A stretch of 64,000 bases of DNA from Hyphomicrobiales bacterium (GTDB taxonomy: Bacteria > Pseudomonadota > Alphaproteobacteria > Rhizobiales > OSC116). Location: NCBI GenBank assembly GCA_013214705.1, contig JABSRZ010000006.1:156338-220337 (forward strand). Direction: 5' to 3'. The position numbers and the translations under genes are program-made. The notes beneath the pieces are model-generated. The model did no database searches and was not told the DNA's origin. It was given only the letters and a program-made list of their open reading frames with translations. Of this stretch, positions 31,624-42,865 are shown in pieces. How positions within the stretch are numbered: the first letter of the stretch is position 1; every line of letters starts with the position of its first letter.

Positions 31624-32868
31624 CTAATTGTCGATCGTGCTGATATCGGTTTTGAGGTCGTGCTTTACTTTGGCGCTTACTGGTACGAGTTGAAAGCCCT
31701 TGGCTTCTAAGGTCTTTACCCATTGTTTGATATGCTCTACCGTGGCTGGTAAATTGCTACCAATGGCAAATGCCATACCGGTCGAGGCGGCTATTTTTTC
31801 AATTCGTTCTAGTGAGTTTTCAATATTGGCGATGGTTTTTTTGTCATCAATAATCACATCGACTTTGGCAAAACCAAGATTTATATTTTTGGATAATTCA
31901 CTAACTTTAGACCGGTGCAAAACCCCATTTTCGACATAATATAAGCCGCGCTTTTTCAATTCACTCAATATAGGGCTAATGGCCTTGGCCTTAGAGGTAA
32001 ATTTCGCGCCCATAAAATTGGTAATGCCAATATATCCGGTAATGCGTGACATCACCCATTTAAAACGGCTCATATTTAAATCCGGGTCACCATCGGCTAA
32101 TAATGTCGAAGGCCCGGGGTCATTGTCCGGAAAATCAAATGGTTCCATCGGGGTTTGTAAGATAACTTCATGGCCGTTTTCGCGGGCGCGGTTTATCCAA
32201 TCTTGTAGGCCTTCGCCATAAGGCGAAAACCCAAAAGTTATTTCGCCGGGCAGGGTGTCGATGGCTTTTTTGGTGGCTTGGTGGTGGATGCCTAGGCCGG
32301 TAATCATAATGGCAATGCGCGGGCGGCCATCAAATGCTGGCGTTGGGCGGGCATAAACTTCAGCCGGCTTTGCGCCCAATACACCAATTTTGGGCAATTT
32401 GCCATATTTGCTAAATTGCACAACATCTTCTAACGGCGCGCGTAGCAATTTGCCAGTGGTGGCAAAACTATCTGGCAGCGCATCGGCCATTTCATCCGAT
32501 AGGTGAATGATTTTTGAATTGCCCGACGCTGTGATGCGCGGTAAATCGCTCGGCTCGGTTCTGGCATTAAGGGTTTGAAGGTCGATATTCGCATCAGGGT
32601 CAAAGGTTTGAACAATTGTCGGGCTAACCCAATTTATGTTTAAAATGGCTTGGGGCTGCCCGCCCATATCGGTGCCAAATATAGCCGCCCAAATCAGGTG
32701 AAAAATAATCAATAAGGAAAAAGAAATACAGGCCGTAACATAGGGCGTTAAATATTTTCTCAACGAAAATCTACGCAACCCATAATCGGCTTTCTTCATT
32801 TTCTGGTCCAAATCCACCGGCTTATTATTGGTGGTTTTAGAATTTTCGCTGTCAGCCGTTTCTGCCAT
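31624..32868 (-). CDS. Divergent polysaccharide deacetylase family protein (YibQ-like)
   Basis: PRIAIMITGLG, GHEVILQTPMEPFDFP..DPGP, NFMGAKFT; conserved position after ctpA. Confidence 0.9.
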   Translation of the reverse strand: MAETADSENSKTTNNKPVDLDQKMKKADYGLRRFSLRKYLTPYVTACISFSLLIIFHLIWAAIFGTDMGGQPQAILNINWVSPTIVQTFDPDANIDLQTLNARTEPSDLPRITASGNSKIIHLSDEMADALPDSFATTGKLLRAPLEDVVQFSKYGKLPKIGVLGAKPAEVYARPTPAFDGRPRIAIMITGLGIHHQATKKAIDTLPGEITFGFSPYGEGLQDWINRARENGHEVILQTPMEPFDFPDNDPGPSTLLADGDPDLNMSRFKWVMSRITGYIGITNFMGAKFTSKAKAISPILSELKKRGLYYVENGVLHRSKVSELSKNINLGFAKVDVIIDDKKTIANIENSLERIEKIAASTGMAFAIGSNLPATVEHIKQWVKTLEAKGFQLVPVSAKVKHDLKTDISTIDN

Positions 32869-32961
32869 TAAATATACCTATGAATGTCCTGTTCATCGGC
32901 ATAAAATAGCGTAAATATGGTGAACAAACCTTTACCAAAATGTAAATAATTGGTTTATTTT

Positions 32962-34434
32962 CTATTTTTGGTCAGCTTCATCTTGTGGCTCGGCATCTGG
33001 TTGGTCTTGCTTTTCTTGGTTTTCGGCCTTTTTGGCTTGAAGTTCATCCCATTCGGTTTCGACTTGGGCTTTAATATCATCTTCCAAAATCTGGTTTTCA
33101 TCACCAATTTTCATTTCGCCGTTCAAAAATTTCAAAGCATAAATAAGTTGAATGTCATGGTCTTGGTTGCGTGGCACAAAGGCAGATGAGTTGGTATCTT
33201 CTGGTTCGTCGTCACTGTCTTTTTCATTGGCCAAATGGCCTTCTAATGTGGCTTCGCTTTGTTTCACTTCTGCCAATTGTTCAGATATACCATCGGCGAT
33301 AATCGGCATAACCACCCAATCGGGCAGTATGCCTTGGGCTTGAATCGAGCGGCCCGATGGGGTGTAATATCGGGCAGTGGTTATACGCAGGGCGCTGTTA
33401 TCGTCGCCCAACGGAATAATGGTTTGCACGCTGCCTTTGCCAAAACTTCTAGTGCCGATTAATGTGGCGCGTTCATAATCTTGCAAAGCACCGGATACGA
33501 TTTCAGATGAAGAGGCGGTCTCGCCATTTATCAACACCACCAAATTTTGGCCGTCAGTTTGGTCTTTAGTTTCGGCGCTAAATCTGAAGGTTTGGTTTTC
33601 ATCGCGGCCACGGGTCGAAGTAATTTCGCCTTGTTTTAAAAACAAATCAGACACATAAACCGCTTGGTTCAACAAGCCGCCGCCATTGCCACGTAAATCC
33701 AAAATAAAGCCTTTCAAATTTTCACCTTCGGCTTTGGTGATTTTATCAATGGCTTTTTTAAGGTTGGTTTCGGCCAATTCATTAAACGAAGATAAAACCA
33801 AATAACCTACATTATCAATAACTTCACTGGTAACTGGGTTAAGTTTAATAATCTCGCGGTTGAGGTTAAATTTTAACAATTCAGTTTCGCCATCGCGTTT
33901 TACCATTAGCTCAATGGGTGTGCCCACCTCGCCACGCATCAAATCGACAGCTTCATCTAAGGTTAGGCCCATAACCTCGGTGTCATCTATTTTGGTTATC
34001 AAGTCATCATCTTTTAACCCGGCTCTTTCAGCGGGTGTGTCTTCTAACACTTTTACAGCTTTCACTAAGCCATCGTTTAATTGCACGCGTATGCCCAGCC
34101 CGCCAAATGAACCGCTGGTCTGCTCCATCAATTGCTTATAGCTTTCGGGGTCTAGATATTCAGAATGCGGGTCGAGTGAGGCCACAACCGCTGCAATGGC
34201 TTCATTCATAATTTTATCAATGTCAGGCTGGTCAACATAGGTTTTTTCTATAATGTCTAAAATATTGCCAAACCTTATCAGGTGGTCATAGCTATTTTTG
34301 GCTTTTTCGGCCTGGTCCTCGGCATAGTTTACCGGCTTATCTTCACTGCCTTCTGAAAAAACCGGAGCGATAAATATGCCCGAAAACAAACCTACAATGA
34401 CAAGTAACGCGCCTAACGAAATTGATTTTTTCAT
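32962..34434 (-). CDS. ctpA: Carboxy-terminal processing protease, S41 family
   Basis: LDPHS, FGGLGI PDZ region, DLRGNGGGLL, ASSSEIVSGALQD, FGKGSVQ. Confidence 0.93.
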   Translation of the reverse strand: MKKSISLGALLVIVGLFSGIFIAPVFSEGSEDKPVNYAEDQAEKAKNSYDHLIRFGNILDIIEKTYVDQPDIDKIMNEAIAAVVASLDPHSEYLDPESYKQLMEQTSGSFGGLGIRVQLNDGLVKAVKVLEDTPAERAGLKDDDLITKIDDTEVMGLTLDEAVDLMRGEVGTPIELMVKRDGETELLKFNLNREIIKLNPVTSEVIDNVGYLVLSSFNELAETNLKKAIDKITKAEGENLKGFILDLRGNGGGLLNQAVYVSDLFLKQGEITSTRGRDENQTFRFSAETKDQTDGQNLVVLINGETASSSEIVSGALQDYERATLIGTRSFGKGSVQTIIPLGDDNSALRITTARYYTPSGRSIQAQGILPDWVVMPIIADGISEQLAEVKQSEATLEGHLANEKDSDDEPEDTNSSAFVPRNQDHDIQLIYALKFLNGEMKIGDENQILEDDIKAQVETEWDELQAKKAENQEKQDQPDAEPQDEADQK

Positions 34435-34552
34435 ATTATACTCATGTTTTGGGTAAACTTGGCCCAGCTGCTAAAATTCACATGTATCTTTTTTAAATGA
34501 ATTTGGGGTAAATTCCAACATCAAATTATACATGCGCCATAATTTGACCGTT

Positions 34553-35896
34553 TTAATTTTGGCTCAATTTGGTCTCCCACCATGGGCCAGAATCAATCGG
34601 GTCATCTATTTTTCTAAATTCTACATATAAAATTGGTGTGCCATTGCCCGCACCGCTAACGGCATTTTGTGGCATAATGCCAATTGGGTCACCAGTTTCG
34701 ATAAATTGGTTGGCGGTCACGGCGATTTGCCCCAGGCCGGTGAGCAGAATTTTATAGGTTTGCCCAACATCAATAATTACCAAATTGCCATAATCGCCAA
34801 AATTTCGCGCGTATAATATTGTGCCAGCGGCAGGCGAGGTAATTTGAGCAAACGCCCTTGTGGCAATGGTTATACCTTTTGTGGCGCGGCCTTGATTGTC
34901 ATTTTGGCCAAATTTTCTCAGCAAATTGCCTTGTGCGGGGTAGGGCAATTTATTTTTTAATTTTGTGAACGCGGTCAATTTGTGGGCGGTGCGTAATGGT
35001 GGTTTTTTAAGTAGGGTTATGCTGGTTTGAATTTGTGCCACCTGCGCGGCGTCTTTTTCCTGCTGCGCCAAAGTTAGTGCCAAGCGTTTGGTTTCTAAAT
35101 CGCGCAGTCGTTTGGTTTCTTTTTCGGCGGCTAGCCTGGCGCTTATGGCCAATTCAAGTTGTTTTTGTTTTTCTATGCGGTCAAATAAATCTCGAATATT
35201 TTTGGCCTTTTGGCCTAAAGATGCCATTTTTTGTTGTTCGGCGGCAATTTCATCCCGGGTTTTGGTCGAAAGCGCGGTTTTTTGGTCTAGCAATTGGGCT
35301 ATATAATTTCTTTGTTTTCGTAACTCTTTGGTATTGCTCAATAATTCATCTTGTTGCGCGGTTAACTCTTGCCTGATCTCGGTTAGGTTTTTCAAATTAT
35401 GGGCAATAATATCGGTTTGGCCTTTAACTTCGGTGACAATTTTGCCCAAAATTATGGCGCTTCGCAAAGCGTTTGAAGCATCATCTGGTTTGGTCAGCAA
35501 AGCTGGTGGTGGGTTTTTTTCGAGTTTTAACAGTGCTGAAAGCAGGCGAGACAATATATTTTTTCGGTGGTTATACTGTTGTTTTAATTGGCTTTCTTCA
35601 TCGCTCAATATGATAAGTTTTTTTTCGCCAGATGACAAATGGGCTTCGCTTTGTTGAATTTGTTTGGCGGCAATTTTTATCTGTTGGTTTAATTCGGCAC
35701 GTTCGGTGGCAATTTGCGCGGCGGTTTTTTTAAGTTGTTGTTGTTTTACTTTGCCGGTTTGGATGGCGGTTTCGAGGTTTTTTAAGTCAGTATTATTGTC
35801 ATTTTCGGCCGCAAAAGCCAAAAGAGGCGTCAAAATAAGCCCAGAAATGGCCAAAAAACGCGTAAAAATGCTCAATAAACTCATAAAAACGGCCAC
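34553..35896 (-). CDS. envC: Murein hydrolase activator EnvC family (coiled coil plus degenerate M23 domain)
   Basis: Signal peptide, long coiled coil, C-terminal LytM-like domain without Zn ligands, LYVEFR; located between rlmH and ctpA. Confidence 0.85.
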   Translation of the reverse strand: MAVFMSLLSIFTRFLAISGLILTPLLAFAAENDNNTDLKNLETAIQTGKVKQQQLKKTAAQIATERAELNQQIKIAAKQIQQSEAHLSSGEKKLIILSDEESQLKQQYNHRKNILSRLLSALLKLEKNPPPALLTKPDDASNALRSAIILGKIVTEVKGQTDIIAHNLKNLTEIRQELTAQQDELLSNTKELRKQRNYIAQLLDQKTALSTKTRDEIAAEQQKMASLGQKAKNIRDLFDRIEKQKQLELAISARLAAEKETKRLRDLETKRLALTLAQQEKDAAQVAQIQTSITLLKKPPLRTAHKLTAFTKLKNKLPYPAQGNLLRKFGQNDNQGRATKGITIATRAFAQITSPAAGTILYARNFGDYGNLVIIDVGQTYKILLTGLGQIAVTANQFIETGDPIGIMPQNAVSGAGNGTPILYVEFRKIDDPIDSGPWWETKLSQN

Positions 35897-36002
35897 AAAT
35901 TGCTACTTTTTATCGATAAATCTAGCTAAAATTAGCTGATCTCGGTTAAAAATAGGATAATAATGTGGCGATTAAATGAAGTTATCATCACTGATCACAA
36001 CT

Positions 36003-36485
36003 TCATTCTCGGTGATAGGGGTGGTTGCTCATAATTGTGATGGCACGGTAAATTTGCTCGAACAACAAGGCGCGGGCGATTTGGTGCGGCCAGGTCATTT
36101 TGCTTAAACTTAGTTTTAAATCGGCTTGGTTTAAAACCTGTTGCCCATGGCCATCTGGCCCGCCCAATAAAAACGCGATGCAGCTATGGCCATCGTCGCG
36201 ATAAGTGGCAATTTTTTGGGAGAAATCGACACTGGTAAATTGTTTGCCAAACTCATCTAACGCCACAATGATGGCGCCTTTAGGCACAGATTTTAGCAGT
36301 TTTTCGGCTTCGTTATTTTTACGCGTTTGAACTTGTTGGTGTCTATCTTCATCAAAATCTAGATGATTAAACTGGGTAAAACCAAGTTGCGCACCCGCAT
36401 TTTTAATGCGGGTTTCGAATTTATTGCACAGGTTTAATTCATCGCTTTTTTTTAACCGACCAATTGCGCCTATAAATATCTGCAT
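36003..36485 (-). CDS. rlmH: 23S rRNA pseudouridine-1915 N3-methyltransferase
   Basis: LGGPDGH, MTWPHQIAR..L.EQIYRA..I...HPYHR. Confidence 0.95.
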   Translation of the reverse strand: MQIFIGAIGRLKKSDELNLCNKFETRIKNAGAQLGFTQFNHLDFDEDRHQQVQTRKNNEAEKLLKSVPKGAIIVALDEFGKQFTSVDFSQKIATYRDDGHSCIAFLLGGPDGHGQQVLNQADLKLSLSKMTWPHQIARALLFEQIYRAITIMSNHPYHRE

Positions 36486-36841
36486 TAAATTTCGGCAGTC
36501 CACATTTTTTCAAGGTCATAAAATTCGCGCACTTCGGGGCGGAATATATGCACGATGATGTCGCCGCAATCTAGCAACACCCAGTCGGCATGGGCCAGAC
36601 CTTCGATGGACACATCATCATGGCCATTTTCTTTGAGGGTCTTGCTCAGATAATCGGCCAAAGCAGACACATGGCGGCCGGAACCGCCCGATGCGATGAT
36701 CATAAAGTCGGCTAAAGAAGTTTTGCCGATGAGGTTGATAGACACAATGTCTTCGGCTTTATTTTGATCTAAACTATCTATAATTAATTGATTTAAGTCG
36801 TGTGATGATTGTACATCTGATTTTATCGAGGGGTTTGCCAC
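36485..36841 (-). CDS. rsfS: Ribosome silencing factor
   Basis: KAEDI, DFMIIASG.S.RHV, WVLLDCGDIIVHIF..R.FYDLEKMW. Confidence 0.95.
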   Translation of the reverse strand: MANPSIKSDVQSSHDLNQLIIDSLDQNKAEDIVSINLIGKTSLADFMIIASGGSGRHVSALADYLSKTLKENGHDDVSIEGLAHADWVLLDCGDIIVHIFRPEVREFYDLEKMWTAEI

Positions 36842-36983
36842 TTGGCTTATATTCCTATTGTTGGCGCTATGCCGGCTGATTTATTTGCGCCACCATATAC
36901 CCCAAATTGTTTTATAGCAATGATGAAAATGCTGTCGGGCTGAAAACCTTGCTAATATTGTTTAGGCTTAACTTATGGGCGGG

Positions 36984-38249
36984 CTATGGGCGGGTTTGGC
37001 CGGTGCCGGAAACTACATATTTAAAGCTGGTTAATTGCTCAACACCCACTGGGCCGCGGGCGTGCATTTTGCCGGTGGCGATGCCAATTTCTGCGCCCAT
37101 GCCAAATTCGCCGCCATCGGCATATTGGGTCGAGGCATTGTGCATGACAATGGCGCTATCGACCTCGTTAAAAAACCGAGCCACATGTTCAGATGTTTCT
37201 GAAATGATGGCATCGGTATGGTGTGAGCCTTTGGTGTTAACGTGATCGATGGCTTCACCAACATTGGCGACAATTTTGATCGAGATGATTTTGTCTAAAT
37301 ATTCGGTTGTCCAATCGGCATCGGTCGCTGGCACGATGTTTTTTCCGACCGACTGCACATATTCGTCACCACGTATTTCGCAGCCGCCCGATTGCAGCTT
37401 TTCGATGATTGGCAACAGATGGGTGTGTTTGATGTTCTCGTCAATAAGCAAAGTTTCGGCGCTGCCACAAATGCCCGTGCGGCGCAATTTGGCGTTAAAA
37501 CATATATCTACTGCCATATCTAGTTTGGCCGATTGGTCGATGTAAATATGGCAAATGCCTTCAAGATGTGAGAACACGGGCACTCTTGCCTCGCTTTGTA
37601 CTCGGGCCACCAAGCTTTTGCCACCGCGGGGCACAATGACATCGATAGTGCCGCCAAGGCCGGTGAGCATATGGCCAACGGCAGCGCGGTCGGTGGTATT
37701 AACCATTTGGATGGCACCTATCGGCAGTCCAGCGGCTTTGAGGCCGGTTTGCATGCAGTTTAAGATGGCGGTTGAAGAATTTATACTGTCTGAGCCGCCA
37801 CGTAAAATGGTGGCATTGCCAGCTTTAAGGCAAAGTGCACCCGCATCGGCAGTTACATTGGGGCGGCTTTCGTAAATAACCCCGATGACGCCCAAGGGCA
37901 CGCGCTTGCGTTTAATGTTCAGGCCATTTTGCTCAGGCGTCCATTCGGCCAATATTGTGCCAACCGGGTCGGCCAATTTTGCCACCGCTTCGAGGCTGGT
38001 GGCAATGGCTTCAATTCTATCTTCATCGAGCATTAACCGGTCGATAAAGGCTGCTGAAATGTTATTATTGTGGGCATTGGCCACATCTTTTTTGTTGGCC
38101 GCCAAAATGGTGGGCAGCTCGGCGCGGATGGCTTTGGCGGCGGCAATAAGCGCTTGGTTTTTAATGTCGGTGCTGGCGATTGATAAAGCTGCGGCAGCTT
38201 TGCTGGCAGTTTGACCTAAGCTAAGCATTTGTTGGTGTAAATTTGACAT
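36984..38249 (-). CDS. proA: Gamma-glutamyl phosphate reductase
   Basis: [40 protein letters not shown]. Confidence 0.97.
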   Translation of the reverse strand: MSNLHQQMLSLGQTASKAAAALSIASTDIKNQALIAAAKAIRAELPTILAANKKDVANAHNNNISAAFIDRLMLDEDRIEAIATSLEAVAKLADPVGTILAEWTPEQNGLNIKRKRVPLGVIGVIYESRPNVTADAGALCLKAGNATILRGGSDSINSSTAILNCMQTGLKAAGLPIGAIQMVNTTDRAAVGHMLTGLGGTIDVIVPRGGKSLVARVQSEARVPVFSHLEGICHIYIDQSAKLDMAVDICFNAKLRRTGICGSAETLLIDENIKHTHLLPIIEKLQSGGCEIRGDEYVQSVGKNIVPATDADWTTEYLDKIISIKIVANVGEAIDHVNTKGSHHTDAIISETSEHVARFFNEVDSAIVMHNASTQYADGGEFGMGAEIGIATGKMHARGPVGVEQLTSFKYVVSGTGQTRP

Positions 38250-38250
38250 A

Positions 38251-39387
38251 TTATAGACTCTTTTTAATCAGCACTAAATTATTGCGATGGACAATGTTGG
38301 TGCGCCCAGCATAACCCAATATATCCGCAATTTCATGGCTTTTTTTGCCGATGATGCGGGTCGCGTCATTTGAATTGTAATTGGTCAGGCCGTAAGCAAT
38401 CACTTTGCCGCCTAGATTTATGACATCTAATGTGTCACCATTGTCAAAACTGCCGGCGACTTTGACCACCCCGGCAGACAACAGACTTTTGCCATTGTAT
38501 AAAGCCGCTTCTGCGCCTTTATCTATGGTCAGTGAGCCTTTGGCTTTGAGCGTGGCGTTTAGCCATTTTTTGCGTGCCGCGGTTTGGGTTTTTTGCGCCA
38601 AAAATAAGCTCGATTTTGCGCCTTTGGCCAACGCATCAATTGGGTGCAGGTTGCGGCCATCGGCTATGATCATGGGGCAGCCCGACTCGGTCGATATTTG
38701 GGCGGCTAATATTTTGGTGACCATGCCGCCAGTGCCATAATCTGACCCGCTGCTGCCAGCGGCCAATTGAATGTCTTCGGTGATGGTTTTTATGACCGCT
38801 ATGTGTTTTGCATTGGCATCTTGTTGTGGGTTGGCGCTATATAGCCCATCAATATCCGACAATAGGATTAGTAAATCGGCATTTATCATCGAGGCCACAC
38901 GTGCCGCCAAACGGTCATTGTCGCCAAAGCGAATTTCGGTGGTGGCGATGGTGTCATTTTCGTTAATTATTGGCACAAAACCTAGAGATGTGAGGGTATT
39001 TAAGGTGTTGGTGGCGTTAATATAGCGTTTGCGGTTTTCGCTATCTTCGAGCGATAACAACACTTGTGCCACCTGAATTTCATGGGTTTTGAACGAATTT
39101 TCGTAAGCTCTGGCCAGTGATATTTGGCCGATGGCGGCCGCGGCTTGACTTTGTTCCAACTTTAATTTGCCTTTGGCGAAACCAGCTTGCACCCGGCCTA
39201 GCGCAATCGCGCCAGATGAGACCAGAATAACCTGTTTGCCAGCGGCCAATAGATGCTGGACATCTTGGCTCAAGGCATCGAGCCACGCTTGGCGCAACTG
39301 GCCATTGGCATCAATAAGCAATGATGAGCCAATTTTAATGACAATTCTATGAGCGGTTTCGAATATATTTTGCGGTGATTGGTTCAT
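38251..39387 (-). CDS. proB: Glutamate 5-kinase
   Basis: [38 protein letters not shown]; C-terminal PUA domain. Confidence 0.97.
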   Translation of the reverse strand: MNQSPQNIFETAHRIVIKIGSSLLIDANGQLRQAWLDALSQDVQHLLAAGKQVILVSSGAIALGRVQAGFAKGKLKLEQSQAAAAIGQISLARAYENSFKTHEIQVAQVLLSLEDSENRKRYINATNTLNTLTSLGFVPIINENDTIATTEIRFGDNDRLAARVASMINADLLILLSDIDGLYSANPQQDANAKHIAVIKTITEDIQLAAGSSGSDYGTGGMVTKILAAQISTESGCPMIIADGRNLHPIDALAKGAKSSLFLAQKTQTAARKKWLNATLKAKGSLTIDKGAEAALYNGKSLLSAGVVKVAGSFDNGDTLDVINLGGKVIAYGLTNYNSNDATRIIGKKSHEIADILGYAGRTNIVHRNNLVLIKKSL

Positions 39388-39424
39388 AATTTATTCGATT
39401 AGCTGGTTTTACGGATAGGAATTT

Positions 39425-40486
39425 TTAGACAGGAGACCAAGGCTTGTCTGCCGGTTCATCGGCATCCTGCGAAAAGTCATCGCCAGTGGGTAGGGCTTTG
39501 TCGCCTTCTATGACTTTTAGCAATTCACGCAAAACATCGGGTACATTTATGTGTGCTACCGCCGACATGGTGAATATTTTTTGCTTGGTCACTTTTTGCA
39601 GCGCGGCCACTCTTTCGGCGATTTCTGATTCTGACAGGGCATCGATTTTGTTAATCACCAAAATCTCAGGTTTTTTGGCTAAATCTTCGGCATATTTAGC
39701 CAATTCATCACGCAAGATAACATAATTTTCGACAAATTTTTCATCAGTGCCATCGACCAAATGTAGCAAAACCGAGCAGCGTTCGACATGGCCTAGAAAC
39801 CTATGGCCAAGGCCAGTGCCTTCATGCGCGCCCTCAATGATGCCGGGGATATCGGCCATGACAAATTCTTTATTATCTTGGTTGATAACGCCCAGATTTG
39901 GGTGCAATGTGGTGAAGGGATAATCGGCAATTTTGGGTTTAGCCGCGCTTGTAGCGGCTAAAAAGGTAGATTTGCCAGCATTTGGAAAGCCTAGCAAGCC
40001 AGCATCGGCGATGAGTTTGAGGCGTAGGTGAATCCACATTTCTTCGCCAACTATGCCGGGGTTGGCACGGCGTGGAGATTGGTTGGTGGCGCTTTTAAAA
40101 TAGGCATTGCCAAAGCCGCCATTGCCGCCTTGTAGTAAAATATGCTCTTGGCCAACCTCGGTCATATCGACCAACATCGTTTCGTCATCATCATCGAAGA
40201 TTTGAGTGCCGACCGGTACTTTTAAGGTAACATTATCGCCTTTAGCGCCGTTCATATCGCGTCCCATGCCATGCACGCCGGTTTTGGCTTTGAAATGCTG
40301 CATGAAACGATAATCGATTAATGTGTTGAGGCCATCGACGCATTTGATGATAACGTGGCCGCCACGGCCACCATCGCCGCCATCTGGACCGCCAAATTCT
40401 AAAAATTTCTCACGCCGAAACGATACGCTACCTGCGCCGCCATTGCCGGATTTTACAAAAATATGTGCTTGGTCTAAAAATTTCAT
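39425..40486 (-). CDS. obgE: GTPase ObgE/CgtA
   Basis: [40 protein letters not shown]. Confidence 0.98.
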   Translation of the reverse strand: MKFLDQAHIFVKSGNGGAGSVSFRREKFLEFGGPDGGDGGRGGHVIIKCVDGLNTLIDYRFMQHFKAKTGVHGMGRDMNGAKGDNVTLKVPVGTQIFDDDDETMLVDMTEVGQEHILLQGGNGGFGNAYFKSATNQSPRRANPGIVGEEMWIHLRLKLIADAGLLGFPNAGKSTFLAATSAAKPKIADYPFTTLHPNLGVINQDNKEFVMADIPGIIEGAHEGTGLGHRFLGHVERCSVLLHLVDGTDEKFVENYVILRDELAKYAEDLAKKPEILVINKIDALSESEIAERVAALQKVTKQKIFTMSAVAHINVPDVLRELLKVIEGDKALPTGDDFSQDADEPADKPWSPV

Positions 40487-40666
40487 ATTCGTCTGCCATT
40501 TGGTTGAGCTAAGGCTCATTCATTCAGCCTCATCTAATGCCTTATCTGCCGTTAAAAGTCTAGCGATAATGGTTGATTAACCCTTTGCTAACGTTAAATG
40601 AGGGCATTTATATAAAATTTGACCGATTTCATTTATATTCTGCTTACCAATTATAGAAATAACGCT

Positions 40667-41326
40667 GTGACCCGAACCCGTAAGAACTTAAAGACCTGTT
40701 TGTTAAGCTTGGTTTTGCCATGGGTTATGATTGCGCCAGCCAATGCCGAATTATTGGGCAGTAAAATATCGCTGATTGGTGGCACATTAGGCATGGGCGC
40801 GGAATATAGTATAGATTTATTAGAAACATTTAGCTTGAAAGCCTCAGCACAAGCGGCGGCACTAGCTTATGACTTTACCGCTTTTAACACAGATTATAAA
40901 GCCACAGCCGACCTGAAAAGCATTGGCGTGCAGGCTGATTTTACCCCGTTTGGTGGCGGTATATATGCCACATCTGGGGTGTTTTACAATATGAATGAGT
41001 TTCAGCTAAAAACTGAGACTAACCATAGTGGGGCCGGTGGTAGTGGACCATTGATCATAAACAGCATATCTGACGTGACGTTTGCGCCCATTTCGCCGTA
41101 TTTAGGTGCGGGGTTTAAACTTGGCCTGTTGGGGTTTTTGGATTTTTCGGTCGAAGCGGGAGTGATGAGCCACGGTGTGCCCAATGTGACGACAGAACTA
41201 ACTGAGGCTAATAACATACTGATTCCGTCGGTGGTTGAGGATGAAGTGGTTGACAAAATACGCGCGAATGTTGAAACTTTTACGCTATATCCAGTAATAA
41301 AGATTGCGGCATCGATCAACTTCTGA
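40667..41326 (+). CDS. Putative outer-membrane beta-barrel protein (start uncertain)
   Basis: Signal peptide ending ANA, amphipathic beta strands, SPYLGAGF, C-terminal YPVIKIAASINF ending in Phe. Confidence 0.65.
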   Translation: MTRTRKNLKTCLLSLVLPWVMIAPANAELLGSKISLIGGTLGMGAEYSIDLLETFSLKASAQAAALAYDFTAFNTDYKATADLKSIGVQADFTPFGGGIYATSGVFYNMNEFQLKTETNHSGAGGSGPLIINSISDVTFAPISPYLGAGFKLGLLGFLDFSVEAGVMSHGVPNVTTELTEANNILIPSVVEDEVVDKIRANVETFTLYPVIKIAASINF

Positions 41327-41357
41327 TTATATAGCTTCATAAAGTTTAAGAGGGAGA

Positions 41358-41400
41358 GGGTGGCGCGAAAACTTGTTAAGAGTTGCGCCACCTTTATTTT
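41358..41400 (+). terminator. Terminator-like hairpin between convergent genes
   Basis: GGTGGCGC...GCGCCACC followed by a T-rich tract. Confidence 0.6.
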
Positions 41401-41405
41401 TGTTT

Positions 41406-41936
41406 TCAACCTGTTTTGACTTTATTCACCCAGTCTTGTTTGGTTAAAATATAGTGCTTCACCAGCTCGACATTATTGCGGGCGGGTGCTTCTAGCAATT
41501 TTTCGCCGATATAGCTGAAACCCAATTTTGTGATGATGGACGCTGATTGGCTATTGTGTAAAAAATGAGTGACGTGAATTTCTGGCTGTTCAGTGGTTGA
41601 GAAAAACTCGGCTATGGCGAGTTTGCAGGCCTCGGTCATATAGCCTTTGCCCCAAAATGGATAACCTAGCCAATAGCCCAACGTGAACATGCCCTCTCTG
41701 CCATGAATGCCAACCACGCCCATAAACCTATTATTTTTATCATAGATGCCATTGACGATTTTATCGGTCTCTTGCGTGTTGATGCGGGCGATGAATTGTT
41801 TAGCATCATCTAATGAATAAGGGTAGGGCACATGGCTCATCATATGAGCTGTGTCTTTGCGGTTTAGGTATTTTGCCATATCTGGCGCATCGGCCAAAGT
41901 GGGCAATTTAAGGTTTAAGCGAGCAGATTGTAACAT
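41406..41936 (-). CDS. RimJ/RimL-type GNAT acetyltransferase
   Basis: VPYPYSLDDA, LGYWLG.PFWGKGYMTEA, N..S..I..KLGF. Confidence 0.9.
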   Translation of the reverse strand: MLQSARLNLKLPTLADAPDMAKYLNRKDTAHMMSHVPYPYSLDDAKQFIARINTQETDKIVNGIYDKNNRFMGVVGIHGREGMFTLGYWLGYPFWGKGYMTEACKLAIAEFFSTTEQPEIHVTHFLHNSQSASIITKLGFSYIGEKLLEAPARNNVELVKHYILTKQDWVNKVKTG

Positions 41937-41997
41937 AAATTTGGCTTATAAAGGCCGCCGCACACAACCGTCTGGTGGTTATGTGGGCGGAGTTAAT

Positions 41998-42585
41998 TTA
42001 TTGTGCGGCTTTAAGCGGCTGCGCCTGACTTTCTTGCCACATTTTGCGGGTGAGAAAATATTTATCCATCGCGTAGGTTTGGTCTGGCGATTCAAAATAG
42101 CGCTCGGTGCGGCCAATATAGACCAAGCCGCAAGAATGTATAATGTTGCGCGGTTTGGCGTTTTCGATGCGGCACGAGCAGTATATTTTCTCATAGTTTA
42201 AAAACTCGAACGCATAGGTGAGTATGGCTTGTATGGCCTCTGAGCTATATTGGTTTTCCCAATAATCGACGCCAATCCAAAAGCCAATTTCTGGCTCTTC
42301 GGGCGACCAGCGCGGCCCAACGCCAACCGTACCGATAAGCTGGTTTTTATCTGATTTTAGGCAAATGCCGAAAACATGAGTTTGTTTTTTAGCCACCCGC
42401 GCCAAAAAGCTGTTTGCGTGGTCCAAAGTATAAGGATGGGGCATGGAGCCAAGCAAATACGCGATGTTAGGGTCGTTAGCTAACTGCACGATGCGCGCGG
42501 CGTCACTTGATTTCAGCGGACGTAAATGTAGCCGCTCGGTCTCCAAGGTATCGGGCAGAATTTGTTCTGATCTAATATGTGTCAT
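41998..42585 (-). CDS. RimJ/RimL-type GNAT acetyltransferase
   Basis: LETERL.LRP, MPHPYT, EIGFWIG; typical position downstream of rpmA. Confidence 0.88.
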   Translation of the reverse strand: MTHIRSEQILPDTLETERLHLRPLKSSDAARIVQLANDPNIAYLLGSMPHPYTLDHANSFLARVAKKQTHVFGICLKSDKNQLIGTVGVGPRWSPEEPEIGFWIGVDYWENQYSSEAIQAILTYAFEFLNYEKIYCSCRIENAKPRNIIHSCGLVYIGRTERYFESPDQTYAMDKYFLTRKMWQESQAQPLKAAQ

Positions 42586-42608
42586 TTTTATTCCAGACTT
42601 TATAAATG

Positions 42609-42703
42609 GCTTGTTCGCAACACAAAACTAACGTTTTGCTGGCTTGAAGCTTTTAAATGGGCTTGTTCGCAACACGGATGTTACACATCCGCTGGCTCGA
42701 AGC
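42609..42703. repeat. Family B: two units with different inner hairpins
   Basis: GCTTGTTCGCAACAC-[AAAACTAACGTTTT]-GCTGGCTTGAAGC and GCTTGTTCGCAACAC-[GGATGTTACACATCC]-GCTGGCTCGAAGC. Confidence 0.93.
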
Positions 42704-42763
42704 TTTTTATACTCACCCAACGAAATTATTGGGCTTTGCATTTCTTTCGCCTAAAATATTGGC

Positions 42764-42799
42764 AAAAGAAAAACGGGCTATAAAAATATAACCCGTTTT
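42764..42799 (-). terminator. Intrinsic terminator after rpmA
   Basis: Minus strand AAAACGGGTTATA-TTTT-TATAGCCCGTTTTTCTTTT. Confidence 0.75.
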
Positions 42800-42865
42800 A
42801 AAAATCTGGAGTTTGCCTCCGTCGGGTTATATTTAACCGACGAAAACTGAATTCATATTTCGTCG

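Noticed and set aside
34553-35000. Missing Zn ligands in the M23 domain as a sign of pseudogenisation
   Set aside because: A degenerate LytM domain is normal for EnvC.
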